From assembly GCF_006345805.1 (NCBI RefSeq), contig NC_043015.1, forward strand, positions 51,274,001-51,338,000: 64,000 nucleotides of DNA, given 5' to 3'. The DNA comes from Octopus sinensis (Eukaryota). The position numbers and the translations under genes are program-made. The notes under the pieces are model-generated. The model did no database searches. It was not told the DNA's origin and saw nothing but the letters and a program-made list of their open reading frames with translations. Each line of letters opens with the position of its first letter. The first letter of the stretch is position 1. Below, one piece after another: positions 11,950 to 24,906 of the stretch.

Positions 11950-12140
11950 GTACATCAGAAACAGGAAGAAAGATTGAGAGAAAGTTGTGGTGAAAGCGTA
12001 CAGGAGGGTACACCACCAGCCTCTGCTGGATCCTCGTGGAGCTTTAGGTGTTTTTGCACAATAAACACTCACAATGCCTGTCTGGGAATCGAAACTGTGA
12101 TTCTATGCCTGCGAGTCCACTGCCCAAACCACTGGGCCAT
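11950..12140 (-). mobile_element. Family F tRNA-head SINE, partial
   Basis: Shares gagaaagttgtggtgaaag...ggagctttaggtgttt...aaccactgggccatt with 53500-53790. Confidence 0.7.
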
Positions 12141-12274
12141 TGTGCCTCCACCGACACACACATATGCAAGCATGCATACATGCACTAACACACACTCCCC
12201 TCCCACACAGACACATACACATAAATGTATGGTATGTTGGTTATACTGTTATACGGTCAATTTAAATATCAGTG

Positions 12275-12480
12275 CTAAGGTGTTGAGCTGGCAGGGGTCA
12301 TTAGTCCAACGGGCAAAATGCTCAGAAGCATTTTATCCATTCTGACCTTCTGAATTCAGACTGCACCTAGGTTAACTTTGCCGATCAAACAAATACCAGC
12401 CGAGTACTGGGGTCGATGTAATCAACTCATCCCCTCCCCCAAAGTTGCTGGCCTTGTGCCAAAATTTGAAATCAGTAAGA
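12275..12480 (+). mobile_element. Family B SINE
   Basis: gagctggcag head, cagccgagtactggggtcgatgtaatc body, ggccttgtgcc tail. Confidence 0.75.
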
Positions 12481-12589
12481 ATATGAAAGTTGTGAAAAGA
12501 GGCATACATGTTAATCAAAGCATGTGCAAAGATAAATACGACTGTTTTAGGCAGAATTTGGTAATACAGTTTTAGATCTCTCACATTTG

Positions 12590-12965
12590 TCATCATCATA
12601 ATCATCATCATCGTTGTTTAATATCTGCTTTCCATGCTGGCATGGGTTGGATGGTTTGACTGAGGACTGACAAGCCAGAAGGTTGCACCAGGCTCCAATT
12701 CGAGCTGGCAATGTTTCTACAGCTGGATGCCCTTCCTAACACGAACCACTCTGAGAGTGTTGTAGGTGCTTTTTACGTGCCACTGGCACAAGAACTAGTT
12801 TGGCGGTACTGGCGTCGACCATGCTTGAATGGTACTTTTATGTGCCACTGGCACAGGGGTGAGGCAGATGACACTGGCATCGACCACTCTCAAATGGTGC
12901 TTTTTATGTTCCACTGGCATGGAAGCCAGTCAGTTGGCACTGGCATTGACCATGCTCGAATGGTG
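12590..12965 (-). mobile_element. Family D copy (three 66-bp monomers)
   Basis: Reverse (GAT)n tail, core, monomer starts near 12766, 12832 and 12898. Confidence 0.85.
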
Positions 12966-13184
12966 GTTGTTTAAACTTCTCATCTCTATGTGCACAGTAG
13001 TATTTGCAGAACTACTAAAATATTTTCATTTAAGAATTTTTCTGCAAGATTTCTGATGTGAAAACGTCTGCTGAAACAGATATTATTATATTTTGGGATG
13101 GTCATTTTTTCTCTTTTTCTTGCCAAATATACACATGCCCTTTATATTCATTCATTCATTCTTCATTCATTTATTATTGTTCTT

Positions 13185-13425
13185 AAGGTGGCGAGCTGTT
13201 AGAATCATTAGCATGCCAGGCAAAATGCTTAGCAGTATTTTGTCTGTCTTTATGTTCTGAGTTCAAATTCTGCCAAGGTCAGCTTTGCCTTTCATCCTCT
13301 CGGAGGTCAATAAATTAAGTACCTGTTGCATACTGGGGTCAATCTAATCGACTGGGGTTGATCTAATCAACTGGGCCCCTCTCCAAAAATTTTGGGCCTT
13401 GTGTCTAGAGAAGAAAAGATTATTT
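13185..13425 (+). mobile_element. Family B SINE, full length
   Basis: aaggtggcgagctg...gagttcaaattc...ggccttgtgtctagagaagaaaagatta. Confidence 0.85.
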
Positions 13426-13619
13426 ATTATTGTTCTTATTTTATGTCCATTGTCTGGAAATCTTTCATCACACATCTGAGACCTCTTCAGCGACTCTTCC
13501 ATCCATGTGTTTGCTGCTGTTCTGTTTTGTCCATTCTCAGTGTACTAAAAAAAAAATAAAAGTGACCATCCCAAAATATAACACTAAAATGTTTGCATTC
13601 TGTTTCTACTCGGAAATAT

Positions 13620-14292
13620 GACTGGAAACTTGAACACTAAAGACAAAAGTTTGAAAAATTCGACTGGTTTTAAGTTGTGTGTTATTGAATATACTGTAGA
13701 GAATGGAAACTAAGATGCTGGGTGAGATCTGTGCTTTGGATAAATGTGAGGGATTCTGTGGTTTCACAGTCTGAGAAATTGGAATAAAGATTGATACATG
13801 TGTGAAGAGACATGATGTTACCTACCTGGCCATTGTTGTTACCTGTCTGGGCGTTGGAGTAAAATCACAACAACTTTCCATTGATGTAAGTTAATAAAAT
13901 ATTATTCAAAAGTTCCGTGCTTCAGGTAGATGGAGTCTGAGATCCATGAATAGAAGTGGGTTAGAATTACGTCAGTAAGACTAGATGAAGACATTGTCGT
14001 AGAATAGATGAAAGAGGCATCGGAAAGTCTTCCATGAGAAATGGTGATGAAATCTTTTGTAAAATGGAGCACTTCCAATACAATGGTCGGAATAGAATAT
14101 GAATTACTGTTCAAAGACCTTTTAGAGCAGAAGAATGAACAAATGTCTGACCTGGATGGCAGTTTGACTCTAACAGATGAAGACTGTTATTATTCTGAAA
14201 CTAGAGTTCTCTTTAATATCGATGGAATTACGTGTATACAGGAGAGCAACTTTGATCACAGAGAATTTTTAGGATTTGGGAACGATAATTAA
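13620..14292 (+). mobile_element. Internally deleted pogo-like transposase relic
   Basis: The N-terminal remnant GFKLCVIEYTVENGN*DAG resembles the pogo Brinker-like FKL.V.EYA...GNR.AG motif. The C-terminal remnant VE*MKEASESLP*EMVMKSFVKWSTSNTMVGIEYELLF resembles the pogo W.....I.KSF.KCGISN..DG.ED tail. In-frame stops are present and no TIRs were found. Confidence 0.6.
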
Positions 14293-14592
14293 CAATAGAC
14301 TGCCACCAAGAAATTCTATGGACGCACAAAAGCATTGTGTAGATATTATAAATGCATTTTAAACAAATTTCATTAAAATCAATTTGAAAGGGTATTATTT
14401 CATTCTCATTCACTCTCCTGAATTTATATACACTTATCTTCTCCCTGTCTATATATATATATACTTGTATTTACACACCTTCTGTGCTTATATATACTGA
14501 TATATATATATATTATATATTTCCCCAATTCATGTGCACTTACCTTCTCCCTGCTTATACATACTGATGTATACCTACTTCCTCCATGCTTT

Positions 14593-14647
<55 letters not shown>

Positions 14648-14659
14648 GTATATATTTAT

Positions 14660-14975
14660 GTGCCGGTGGCACATCAAAAACATCATTCGAGCGTGATCGC
14701 TACCAGTGTCACCTTACTGGCACTTGTACTTGTCGCATGTAAAAAACACCATTTGAGCATGACCTTTGCCAGTACCACCAGACTAGCCCTCATGCCGGTG
14801 GCACATAAAAGCACACAATACACTCTCGGAGTGGTTGGCATTAGGAAGGGCATGCAGCTCTAGAAACTCAGCCAGATTAAGATTAAAGCCTGGTCCAGCC
14901 ATCTGGTTTGCCAGTCCTCAGTCAAATTGTCCAACCCAAGCTAGCATGGAAAGCAGACATTAAACAATGATGATG
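14660..14975 (+). mobile_element. Family D copy
   Basis: Monomers, ggttggcattaggaagggcatgc core and (GAT)n tail. A further partial copy lies at 15030-15205. Confidence 0.8.
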
Positions 14976-15374
14976 ATATATATATATATATATGTACATG
15001 CCAAAACTGACCTCACCTGTGATTGTGCCACGTAAAAAGCATCAAGTCCACTCTGCTGAGTGGTTGGTGTTAGGAAAAGCATCCAGCTGTAAAAACACCA
15101 TGCCAAAACAAAGAAGTATGGTAGAGGCTACTGCCTGGTTGGCTCCTGTCAAACCATCCAACCCATGCCAGCATGGAAGGCAGATGTTAAATGATGATGA
15201 TGATAATGATATACCTGTGTATACTCGCCTTTCCCAGTTCATGTATACTTACCTTCCCTTTGCTTATATATACTTATATATGTACACCTACTTTGCTTAA
15301 AATGTGACCGCGTGTGTATCGTTGGCAATTTTTTTACCTCTGTCTTCCCTTCTCTGGATCTTTCCTTCTCCTAT

Positions 15375-15409
15375 GTTTCCGACAAAGAGCTCCGCTCGAA
15401 ACGTTTAAC
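15375..15409 (+). ncRNA. Degenerate minimal hammerhead motif in a short pLTR-like element (about 15310-15510)
   Basis: gttt-ccgacaa-a-gagc tcc gctc-gaaac-gtt-taac: 4-bp stem II and GAAAC intact. The core deviates at U4 and G8, and stem I is imperfect. Confidence 0.5.
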
Positions 15410-15808
15410 CCTCCTTCTTTCCTTCTTTCCTGAGCATCCAATAATACTATATTTGTTCCATGTCCTCGCATTGTTGTGTTTTTTTGTGCTTTCTTGTTTG
15501 GATTAACTATATATATATGAACTTTTTGACTGTTTTTTTTTTGGTATGTTAGGCAACCCGTTAAGGCTTGCCTCTTTGAACTTAAATGTACGCTAATTTA
15601 TATATATATATATTTTTTCCATGCAGGTAAATATATGTCCGGTCAGTGAGTGACCAATGATGACTCTTTATAGATGACTCTTCAGATTCTAATGGCGGAG
15701 GGCATATCTGCCTTTAGATTCTGACAAGTTGTCTATAGAGTCAAGCACTTTATGAATGCGAGACTATTGGTCACTCTCTGACTGGACATATGTTTAACTG
15801 CATGTAAA

Positions 15809-16150
15809 TATGAGGGTGAGTCAAAAAGTAATGCCATTTTGTTTAGGACAGGTGTAATTACCAACAGAGGAACATGTATCATACATCCATATGAAGCTGG
15901 TCCTCTGTGGCTCACATCCCTATTTCTCAACATAGTCACCATTTCTCTCAATAGCAATGTTCCACCTTTGAATGAGAGCATGTATCCCAGCCCTGTAAAA
16001 TTCTGTTGACTGTTCTTTGAGCCATTTCTTCACTACAATTTTCACTTCTTCGTCATTGGAATAATGTTTGCCTTTCAAACCCACTTTCGTGGCACCGAAG
16101 AGATGATAGTCTGAAGGCACTAAATCGTAACATATGATTGTTGACAAAGT
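15809..16150 (-). mobile_element. Mariner transposon 3' fragment
   Basis: ORF 15920-16147 contains DLVPSDYHLF...GIHALIQRW...GDYVEK (mariner SPDLAPSDY motif). Terminal ta-tgagggtgagtcaaaaagtaatgcc TIR-like end. Confidence 0.9.
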
Positions 16151-17487
16151 GTGGCGTCCTATACGGGACAGTGCTACTGGCGTTTATAGCCCCTGGAAGA
16201 TATCTCTTCCCGCTGGCTAACCATACACATTCTGTGTAATTTCCTGAGTCTTTGAGCCCAGGCCAGTGTGTGTGTGTGTGCATGCATGCTTGTGTGTGCA
16301 CATGCATGCATGTGTGCATGTGTGTGTGTGCACACATGCAAGAACACAGGCATGTTTGAGCATGCATACACACATATAAAATATGTTTGTATACATAAAT
16401 ACATACATACACACACACGCCTACATACACACAAGCACAGGGAATTACCATTAATGTTGCAAAGTAATTTACTGACATTATGGTAAATATTCTTGATGAA
16501 CAGCAAACCGGAACTCAGTGTCTCAGGCTAAGTGATTCACACAGTTTTAATTAGTTTATTCAGAAATGAGAACCTTGCAAGTGTACAAAAACTAAATATT
16601 CTTTCCAAATTCAATTTCCAAAATACTTTCTGTCTTTTTAATGCTAACTCTAAATCCTAATCTAACCCTTAATCCTAATTCTAAACTCTAAACCCAAACT
16701 TCTTACTCTAAACCTAATCCCGTCCAAAATACTTGTTCAGAATCCATAAGCTAATCCCTAATGTGTGTGTGTGTGTGATTTCTTTTTAAGGATTGTAATC
16801 TCTTATGTTTAAAACATAATTCCTCCAAAGAATGTCTCAGAAAACACTACAAGAATGTAAAAAGTTACAGCTGAGGGCTTACTCCCAAACAGAAAAGAGA
16901 CAGAATTTAAAAACTGAAATTGTGAAAAAAAAAATTTTTATTTGCTGAATATATTCTCTGATGTTTGCATAGAAATCCAAAGAAATTTTGGGAACTTGGA
17001 AATGAAAGCTACAGGGTAGATGTGCTGAGATGTATTGGAGTAAAGCACTGCTGACAGACACGATTTCATTACCATACTGCTGTTAGGCAATGCTGGGTAC
17101 TTTGGTTAGTTTATGCATGTATGTTTGTGGGTGTGTGAGCAGGAGGGGGGGACACCAGAGCAACATGCTTTGTATCACATGGAAACGGTAAGGTTAGAAA
17201 CACCATTGTCCGAAAGTAAGCCAAACATGGAAGAGATATTGGTGAAGCAAATAGTTTGAGCATGCCTGAAGACTGGAAGGAAACTTAGCTAATGAAACTA
17301 ACGTTTCCTTCACAGCTTGGTTACCATTATGAAGGATCACAGAAGGTCTGATCGCACTGGCTGAGAATGTTGTTAGGAATCTTGATTCCCAACGAGAGAG
17401 GTGAACAGAAGCAAGAAATAAACAACAGCATTATTATTTACATTATTTACATTTGACGGATATTTGTCCTCATCTTGTTTGTTGTTA

Positions 17488-17531
17488 ACACAACGTTTCG
17501 GCTGATATACCCTCCAGCCTTCATCAAGTGT
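17488..17531 (-). ncRNA. Near-canonical minimal hammerhead ribozyme motif in a short pLTR-like element (about 17440-17575)
   Basis: Minus strand acac-ttgatga-a-ggctg gagggtatat cagcc-gaaac-gtt-gtgt: perfect stems I and II, palindromic AACGTT, one core change (C3U), extra A after A9. Confidence 0.75.
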
Positions 17532-17659
17532 CTTGGGGAAATTTCAAACCTGGGTTCTCATTCCTAAGTTATTTTTGATGATGATGATGATGATGATTTT
17601 GTTGTTGTTGTTGTTGTTGTTGTTATTTTTATTCTTGGGGTTAGTAGGGTGGGTGGGTG

Positions 17660-17715
17660 GTTGAGTGGGTAGATAGGTAGGTAGGTTGGCAGATTGACGG
17701 ATAGCTAGATGGATG

Positions 17716-17752
<37 letters not shown>

Positions 17753-17935
17753 ACAGATGGATAAACAGACAGATGGATGGTTAAATATATTGTTATATAG
17801 ATAGACCGATCGATTGATAGATAGGTAGATAGATAAATAGAGAAATTGATAGATAGATAGATAAACAGACAGATAGATAAATAGACATATTGATCGATAG
17901 ATAAATAGATAGACAGACAGACAGATAGATAATTC
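17660..17935. repeat. (TAGA)n/(CAGA)n compound tetranucleotide array
   Basis: Direct inspection. Similar arrays at 42480-42745 and 43435-43682. Confidence 0.95.
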
Positions 17936-18489
17936 CTTTGCCAGCTATGAAGGTGCTATTATATCAGACTGGTTACACTCTCCAGGAACACCACAACCAT
18001 AGCCATTACTCCAAGCTGTGTCTGAACATCATAAATTTAATAAGCCATTCTTTCTTGAGATATATTCTGTTTATTCACTCATGCGTAACTCCATAGATAC
18101 TTATCAAGCTAATACATCTATCTAGTCTTTCTCCACCACCACCACCACCACCACCACCACCGCCACCATCACTGCCACCGCCGCCGCCACTATTAGATGA
18201 AGCAATACAGGGGAGGGTTAAGGCAGGGCAAGTGTCTAAGGGGGAAGATAACATGGCTGCCATATAATATAATAAAAACAAAGCTAAGAGCTGAAACAAA
18301 AACACAAATTCTCCCAATTAAATTCCCTCTGCTCATTCCAGAAAACAAGCACCATTCCCCCTACTAAACAACAATTACACCGACTAATCAACTGCATTGA
18401 TTCCAAGCAAATACTTTCCTATTATTATTAAATTAGGTTTTAAACGAAACTTTTGAATTTTGCTTCAATAATAAATGTTGTTTATTTCT

Positions 18490-19130
18490 TGCCTCTCCTC
18501 TTCTCTCTTCTTCGATCTCTGCCTCTTTTTTTTCTCTCTCTATGCCTCATCATTTCTCTTCATCTCTCTCTCTCTTTCTCTCTCTCTCTCTCCAGCCGAC
18601 ATCACTCCATGTTCTTATTCTCTTTCTTTTTTTTCTCTCTCTCTCTGCTACATGTTATCTTCCTCTCTCTCTTTCTCCAGTCTATTCCATTATATGTTCC
18701 CTTGATTCTTCTCCCCTCACTTTCTCTCTCTCTCTCTCTCTTTCTTTCTATGTCTCTCTCTTTCTCTGTCTTCTCTTTCTCCTTCCCTCTTTCTCTTTCT
18801 CCAATCCATTCCATTCCCTCCTCCTCCTCTTCCTCCCTCTTTATTTTTTCTCCAGTCTGCTCAACCACATGATCTCATGATGCCCTCTCATCCTCCTCCT
18901 CCCCCATCTCTCCCTCTCTCTCCAATCTACTCCCCTACATGTTCTCTTGGTCCTCCTCCGCTCTCTCTCTCTCTTTCTCTCTCTATCTCTTTCTCCAATC
19001 TACTCCTCTACATTTTCTCTTGATTCTTCTCCTCTCTCTCTCTTTCTCTCTCTCACTCTTGTTCCTTCTTCCTCTCTCTCCAATCTATTCCTCCTACATA
19101 TCCTTTCCTCCCCACACCCCCCACCTACCA
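18490..19130. repeat. Polypyrimidine (CT-rich) degenerate repeat
   Basis: (ct)n runs interspersed with recurring ctcca(g/a)tcta motifs. Confidence 0.85.
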
Positions 19131-19994
19131 CTTTCATTATTAGACTTGAAATTGCAAAAGAGTTCTGAAACATTGCTGTCTCTGCAAGAACAACAAACCT
19201 TGTCTTTAGAGTCTCTTCACCACTTGGAACTTCACACTCTTATTGTCCTATTATTATTAATATTGTTATTATTATTATTAAGCTAACGAGCTGGCAGAGT
19301 CATCTATCTCTTGGTTCTGAGTTCAAATTCCACCCAGATCAACTTTGCATTTCATCCATTTGGGAGTCGATAAAATAAGTACCAGTTACTCACTGGGGTT
19401 GAAGCAACCAAGTGCTGGCCCTGTGTCAAAAGCTTGAAACCATTATTATTATTGAGTAAGAGAGCAGTGCATGCCATCAAAGTGACACTGGGGTAAAATA
19501 TATGAAGCCCAATATACCCATCATGATTACCCGTCTGATAAGGGTATACTAGGAACATGCTTCACAACCATATGCAGATGACATGGTGATCTCATATCAA
19601 AATAAATAGCACATGACCTTGCAGGTGGGGCCCAGTTAGAATTTTCTTCTGGTCAAGTAACACATCCTGCTCAAAAGATCCCTGAATAAGGGTTGTTTAA
19701 GGATGTTGAACGAACCACCCATGTTTCCAGAGATGAATTATTCAAACCCCAAAGAATCCCTCTCAACACACGGCTATGATGCTCCCCCACTACTTCTGCT
19801 CATGATCAGAGATGCACATATCATCAGCCACTAAGGGACATGCTCAACTGGTTAAGGTAAAGCAACCGACAAGCAAATCTGTGGTATTGAGCAGAGTATT
19901 TGCTGTAGCCCATCTTTTATACCAAGACAAAACAATGTACATGACAATACTTCCAATCAGTTAAGATCATAAACCATGAGAGCCACTGCCTGGT

Positions 19995-20012
19995 ACAGCA
20001 TCAGGGCATTTA

Positions 20013-20048
<36 letters not shown>

Positions 20049-21027
20049 TATGTTTGACTTTTGCTTTACATTTGCACAAGCTGGCTCCAAATCTCACCCA
20101 GAGACCTCAAGAGACAAGTTGGAAGTTCATGTTGGTGTTATGCCTAGGGTGCCATATATTTGGTTTTGTACTTAGTGTTGTACTAGTGAACCATATGAAA
20201 GTTATGTGTTTTAAAAGTATTATTATTATTATTATTATCATCATCATTTTTATTATTATTTATTATTATTATTATTAATATTATTATTATTTTCATTATT
20301 ATTGTTGTTATTATTATTATTATTATCATTATTATTATTAATATTATTATTAATATTATTATTATTATTATTATTATTATCATTATTATTATTATTATTA
20401 TTAATATTATTATCATTATTATTATTATTATTATTATCATTGTTGTTATTATTATTATTGTTATTATTTATTTATTCATTGTTGCTTGTTTAAGATTTTT
20501 ATTCTAAAATGTAATACTTACTAAAACTATTGATTTTCACTGCTGTTACTGTTGTTGTTGTTTCATTTGGAAATTGAAGCATAAGCATCTTTATCACCAC
20601 CACCACCGTCATGATCACACCCCAACTTCACCTTTTCCAACTCCCCTAAGGTAACCGATGCGATGAAGTTTTTAATCATCGACTTTCTATAATGGGATTT
20701 CAAAAGAAACGATTTAAAAATTTTTTTATTTTATTTCTCTTAAAAGAAAAGGAAAAGAAAAAGGACTAACAAACACCCACACACGCCCACACACAAAGAG
20801 AAAATAACACAGAAAAAGGCAGAGACTGGTAAAAAAAATGACAAAAAGCATATTCCTCCAATATTTTTATCATGAATTATTATTATTATTATTATTGGTA
20901 GAGCTGCCATCCTTAGTTTGACATAGAAACCAGATGTACTTTCTAACAAGATATATTATATAATAATGGTAATGATGATAATGATGATGATAATAATCAT
21001 AACAACAACAACAACAATAATAATAAT

Positions 21028-21058
<31 letters not shown>

Positions 21059-21362
21059 ATAATAATAATAATAATAATGATAACCATAATAATGATGATA
21101 GTGATAACGGTAATAATAATAATAATGATAACCATAATAATGATGATAGTGATAACGGTAATAATAACAATAGTAGTAATGATAGTATTGATAACGATAA
21201 TTATAGTAGTAGTAGTAGTAATGATATTGATATTTGATCTCATTATCTTGTTACAATACTGAAATACTGGAGTCGTAGAGAAATGGTGTAGAAGAATTGG
21301 TTGTAAAGGTGTGGCTGGTTTGATCTGTTGTATTGATATTTCTTCAGAATATCTACAAGGTA

Positions 21363-21409
<47 letters not shown>

Positions 21410-22030
21410 GTGTTTGTGTGTTTTGCGTGTGATATTAAATTCAAGAAGAAGGAGAAAAAATACGGATATCTATATTATAATGATATTAATGATGATGATG
21501 GTGGAGATGGTGGTGGTGGTGGTGGTGTGTTGTGGTGGTGGTGTTGTTGGTGGTGGCAGTGGTAGTGGTTGTGATAGCTCTAAACAAAACACAACGGAAA
21601 GCAAATAACAATATTTATAATAATAATAATAATAATAATAATAATTTAATGTAATAATGATAATAATAATGATGATAATAATAACAATGAAGATGATGAT
21701 AGTAATGATAGTAATAATAATAATAATAATGATAATAGCAATGATGATTATGATGATGATGCTGATGATTAGAATGATAAATAATTTCTTTTATTTACAA
21801 TAACAATACTACTACTACTACTAATGATAATAATAATAATAATTACAATAATAATGATAATAATAACAATAATAATAATAATAACAGTAATGGTAATAAT
21901 AATAATCATATTGATTATGATGATGATGAGGAGGAGGAGGAGGAGGAGAATGATATTTAATAAACATAATAGATTTATGGTCTGTTACATTTTATTGCTG
22001 GGTGTTTCTTGATCTACTCTTGTTGTTGTT
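19995..22030. repeat. Clustered ATT/TAA/TGA/TG simple repeats with short unique islands
   Basis: Direct inspection. Confidence 0.9.
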
Positions 22031-22344
22031 GTTGTTGTTGTTGTTGTCACACATTTCTGAAAGTTTCTACTGACCTAAATTCCTCTGAAAGTTGAACTTG
22101 ATCATCATCAATTGATTTTATTTTCACTTCTTTATTTGTTTCCAGTTAACACACAATCATCATTTGTGTTTATTGTTCACTCTCATTTATTTATTTATTT
22201 ATTCATTTATCTATTTATTTATATATTATTTATTTATTTTATTCCGTATAACTGGATGTGTTTCCAGTTCCCGGTTCTCCAGACAGTCATTTATCGAACA
22301 AGGAATAGCCATTTTGTTATTCGTTTGTTGTTTTACGTCGTCTG

Positions 22345-22995
22345 TTATACTCTTTACTCTCTTTTACTTGTTTTCAGTCATTTGACTGCGGCCATGCTGG
22401 AGCACCGCCTTTAGTCGAGCAAATCGACCCCGGGACTTATTCTTTGTAAGCCCAGTACTTATTCTATCCATCTCTTTAGCCGAACCGCTAAGTGACGGGG
22501 ACGTAAACATACCACCATCTGTTGTCAAGCGATGGTGGGGACAAATACAGACATACAAACATACACACACACACACACACACGCACATATATATATATAA
22601 ATATATATACATATTACATGTTTCAGTCATTTGACTGCGGCCATGCAGGAGCACCGCCTTTAGTCGAGCAAATCGACCCCGGGACTTATTCTTTGTAAGC
22701 CCAGTACTTATTGTATCGGTCTCTTTTGCCGAACCGCTAAGTGACGGGGACGTAAACACACCAGCATCGGTTGTCAAGCAATGCTAGGGGGACAAACACA
22801 GATACACAAACACACACATACATATATATATATACACATATACGACAGGCTTCTTTCAGTTTCCGTCTACCAAATCCACTCACAAGGCATTGGTCAGCCC
22901 GGGGCTATAGCAGAAGACACTTTCCCAAGATGCCACGCAGTGGGACTGAACCCGGAACTATGTGGTTGGTTAGCAAGCTACTTACCACACAGCCA
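22345..22995 (-). mobile_element. Family A SINE with tandemly duplicated 3' half
   Basis: The 3' block tttcagtcatttgactgcggccatg...gtcaagc occurs at about 22372-22530 and again at about 22620-22780. The head is at 22900-22995. Confidence 0.9.
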
Positions 22996-23610
22996 CTCAG
23001 TAAATACTTCACTGTGTCATTGTTGTACAGCTGGACGCCCTTCCTGTTCCTAACCCTTGCCCTTAACTGTCCATTTCCATATAAGGGGTCTCTTGTTTTG
23101 CACACCTGTGGAGGCACGAAATGAGCAGGTGGACAAGTTGTCGATATGAGAAGTGATGACGGCAGAAACACCTGTTGCAACCATCATCAATCATAATCAT
23201 AAACAAATATGCAGTGCATACATGTGTACACTTATATACACACACAGACACACACATGCACACACTCACACACATACACATACATACAGCTGTATACACA
23301 TATGCACACAAAGACACATATACACACACACACACACAGTAACACACAAACATATACACAGACATAGACACACACATATTTATTCATACAATGGGCTTCT
23401 TTCAGTTTCCATCTCCCAAATTCAATCACAAGGCTTTGGTCAGTGTTTGGCTATAGTAGAAGACTCTTGACTAAGATGTCGCATGATACGACTGAACCTA
23501 AGACCATATGGTTGCGAAGTGAATTGGTACTCAGTTTTGTTTCTACCAATGTGTGTTTAGTTGGAACTATTGCGAGAGCACTGGATTGGTTACTTTGCAT
23601 TATTTGATCA

Positions 23611-23946
23611 GAGGCAGCAAGATGGCAGAATCATTTGCATGCTGAGTGAAAGAAGGTGGCAACCTGACAGAATCGTTAGCACGCCAGGTAAAATAAGGTG
23701 GTGAGCTGGCAGAATTGTTAGTATGCCAAACGAAAGAAGGGGGCAATCTGGCAGAATCGTTAGCACGCCAGGTGAAATAAGGTGGCGAGCTGGCAGAATT
23801 GTTAGTATGCCAAACGAAAGAAGGGGGCAAGCTGGCAGAATTGTTAGCATGCCAAGCGAAAGAAGGCAGGGTGCTAGCAGAATTGTTAGCATGCTGAGTG
23901 AAAGAAGGGGGTAAGCTGGCAGAATTGTTAGCATGCCGGGTGAAAA
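23611..23946 (+). repeat. Eight 42-bp tandem units derived from the 5' end of family B SINE
   Basis: Units start at 23611, 23653, 23695, 23737, 23779, 23821, 23863 and 23905. Consensus aaggtggcgagctggcagaattgttagcatgccaggcgaaag matches the family B head. Confidence 0.9.
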
Positions 23947-23949
23947 AAG

Positions 23950-24750
23950 GCATGTATGTATGTGCAGATTTATTTGTTTTATGTATGTATTCTCAGGCAT
24001 ATACTTGTATATCTAGACACACTCATATATACTTAAATGATAAACATTTGGAATGTTTTGCAGATTTTTACAGTTCCGGTGATGGATTGGATCTGTAGTC
24101 TTCAAATTAGCTTTCTCTTTTCTGGTTTTGAGAAGCCTAATTTCTCAAGATTGGTATTTAGGCAGTGTGTTACATATCCTAGTGCCCCAATAATTACAGG
24201 TATTAACCTGAACTTGCAATCTGGATACAGTAACTGCAGATTTCTCAATAGTTCAGCATAGGTGTTCTCTTTTACACTGATCTTCAGCTTTATGTTAACA
24301 TCCACTGTGCAGCTAATTTCCACAACTGTGCTCAGTTTCTCTTCGCTATCCCAAATCATTATATCAGGTCTGTTGTATTTACATTTTATTGAGGTCTTCA
24401 CTGGAACATTCCACCAGTATTCCTTTTTATTATGACTGGCTGTAGCTTCTACCATATTGTAGGTTCCTATTTCTTTGTTTTTGGGGATTATCCTTCCAAT
24501 GGATTTCATTATAGAGTGTCCTAGCTACAATGTCATGTCTCATCGGTAGATAATACCATGATAACATTTTCAGACAACTGCTTATGATGTGGGTGACATC
24601 TTCAGTGTGAACTCCACAAAGTCTGCATTGGTTGTCACATTTTACGGCTTTTCCCACATCTCTATCCCTTTTGTGCATTAGGTACTTGGTTGATACTTTC
24701 TGTCCCTGGATTGCAAACACATACCCTTCAAAGTGGGAGGTAGTGATCTG
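23950..24750 (-). mobile_element. R4/Dong-type non-LTR retrotransposon 3' fragment (CCHC knuckle plus restriction-like endonuclease)
   Basis: CRLCGVHTEDVTHIISSC knuckle, NRPDIMIWD...VEISC...KENTY..L...IPVIIGALG RLE motifs, frameshifted. The 3' UTR is shared with 36670-36870. Confidence 0.88.
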
Positions 24751-24868
24751 GCTATGTATGTACGTACGTATGTGTGTGTGTGTGTATATATATCGCCATG
24801 TTGATTCGCTAGCCTCTGCACGCATTTTTTTTCTCTCCTTGTTTCTTTCTGTGTTTCTTTTCTGTGTA

Positions 24869-24906
24869 TCTTTCTGTTGAAGAGCGTAGGCTCGAAACGT
24901 AAAAGA
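24869..24906 (+). ncRNA. Minimal hammerhead-like motif in a short pLTR-like element (about 24820-25010)
   Basis: tcttt-ctgttga-a-gagc gtag gctc-gaaac-gta-aaaga: 5-bp stem I, 4-bp stem II, ACGT palindrome, GUA triplet. Core A6U substitution. Confidence 0.65.

Noticed and set aside
16640-16725. Degenerate CCTAA/CTAAAC telomere-like repeats
   Set aside because: Too degenerate and short to call an interstitial telomere; such tracts are common inside transposons.
17265-17310. ctgaaga...gaaac hammerhead-like words
   Set aside because: Stem II is only 2 bp and stems I and III do not form.
19450-20005. GC-richer 550-bp island that looks like an interspersed repeat
   Set aside because: Single copy in the window, with no ORF, TIR or TSD I could verify, so it is left unclassified.
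21240-21365. Unique island with a + strand donor-like caag|gtattt
   Set aside because: No matching in-frame acceptor, and IFT80 needs no exon here.
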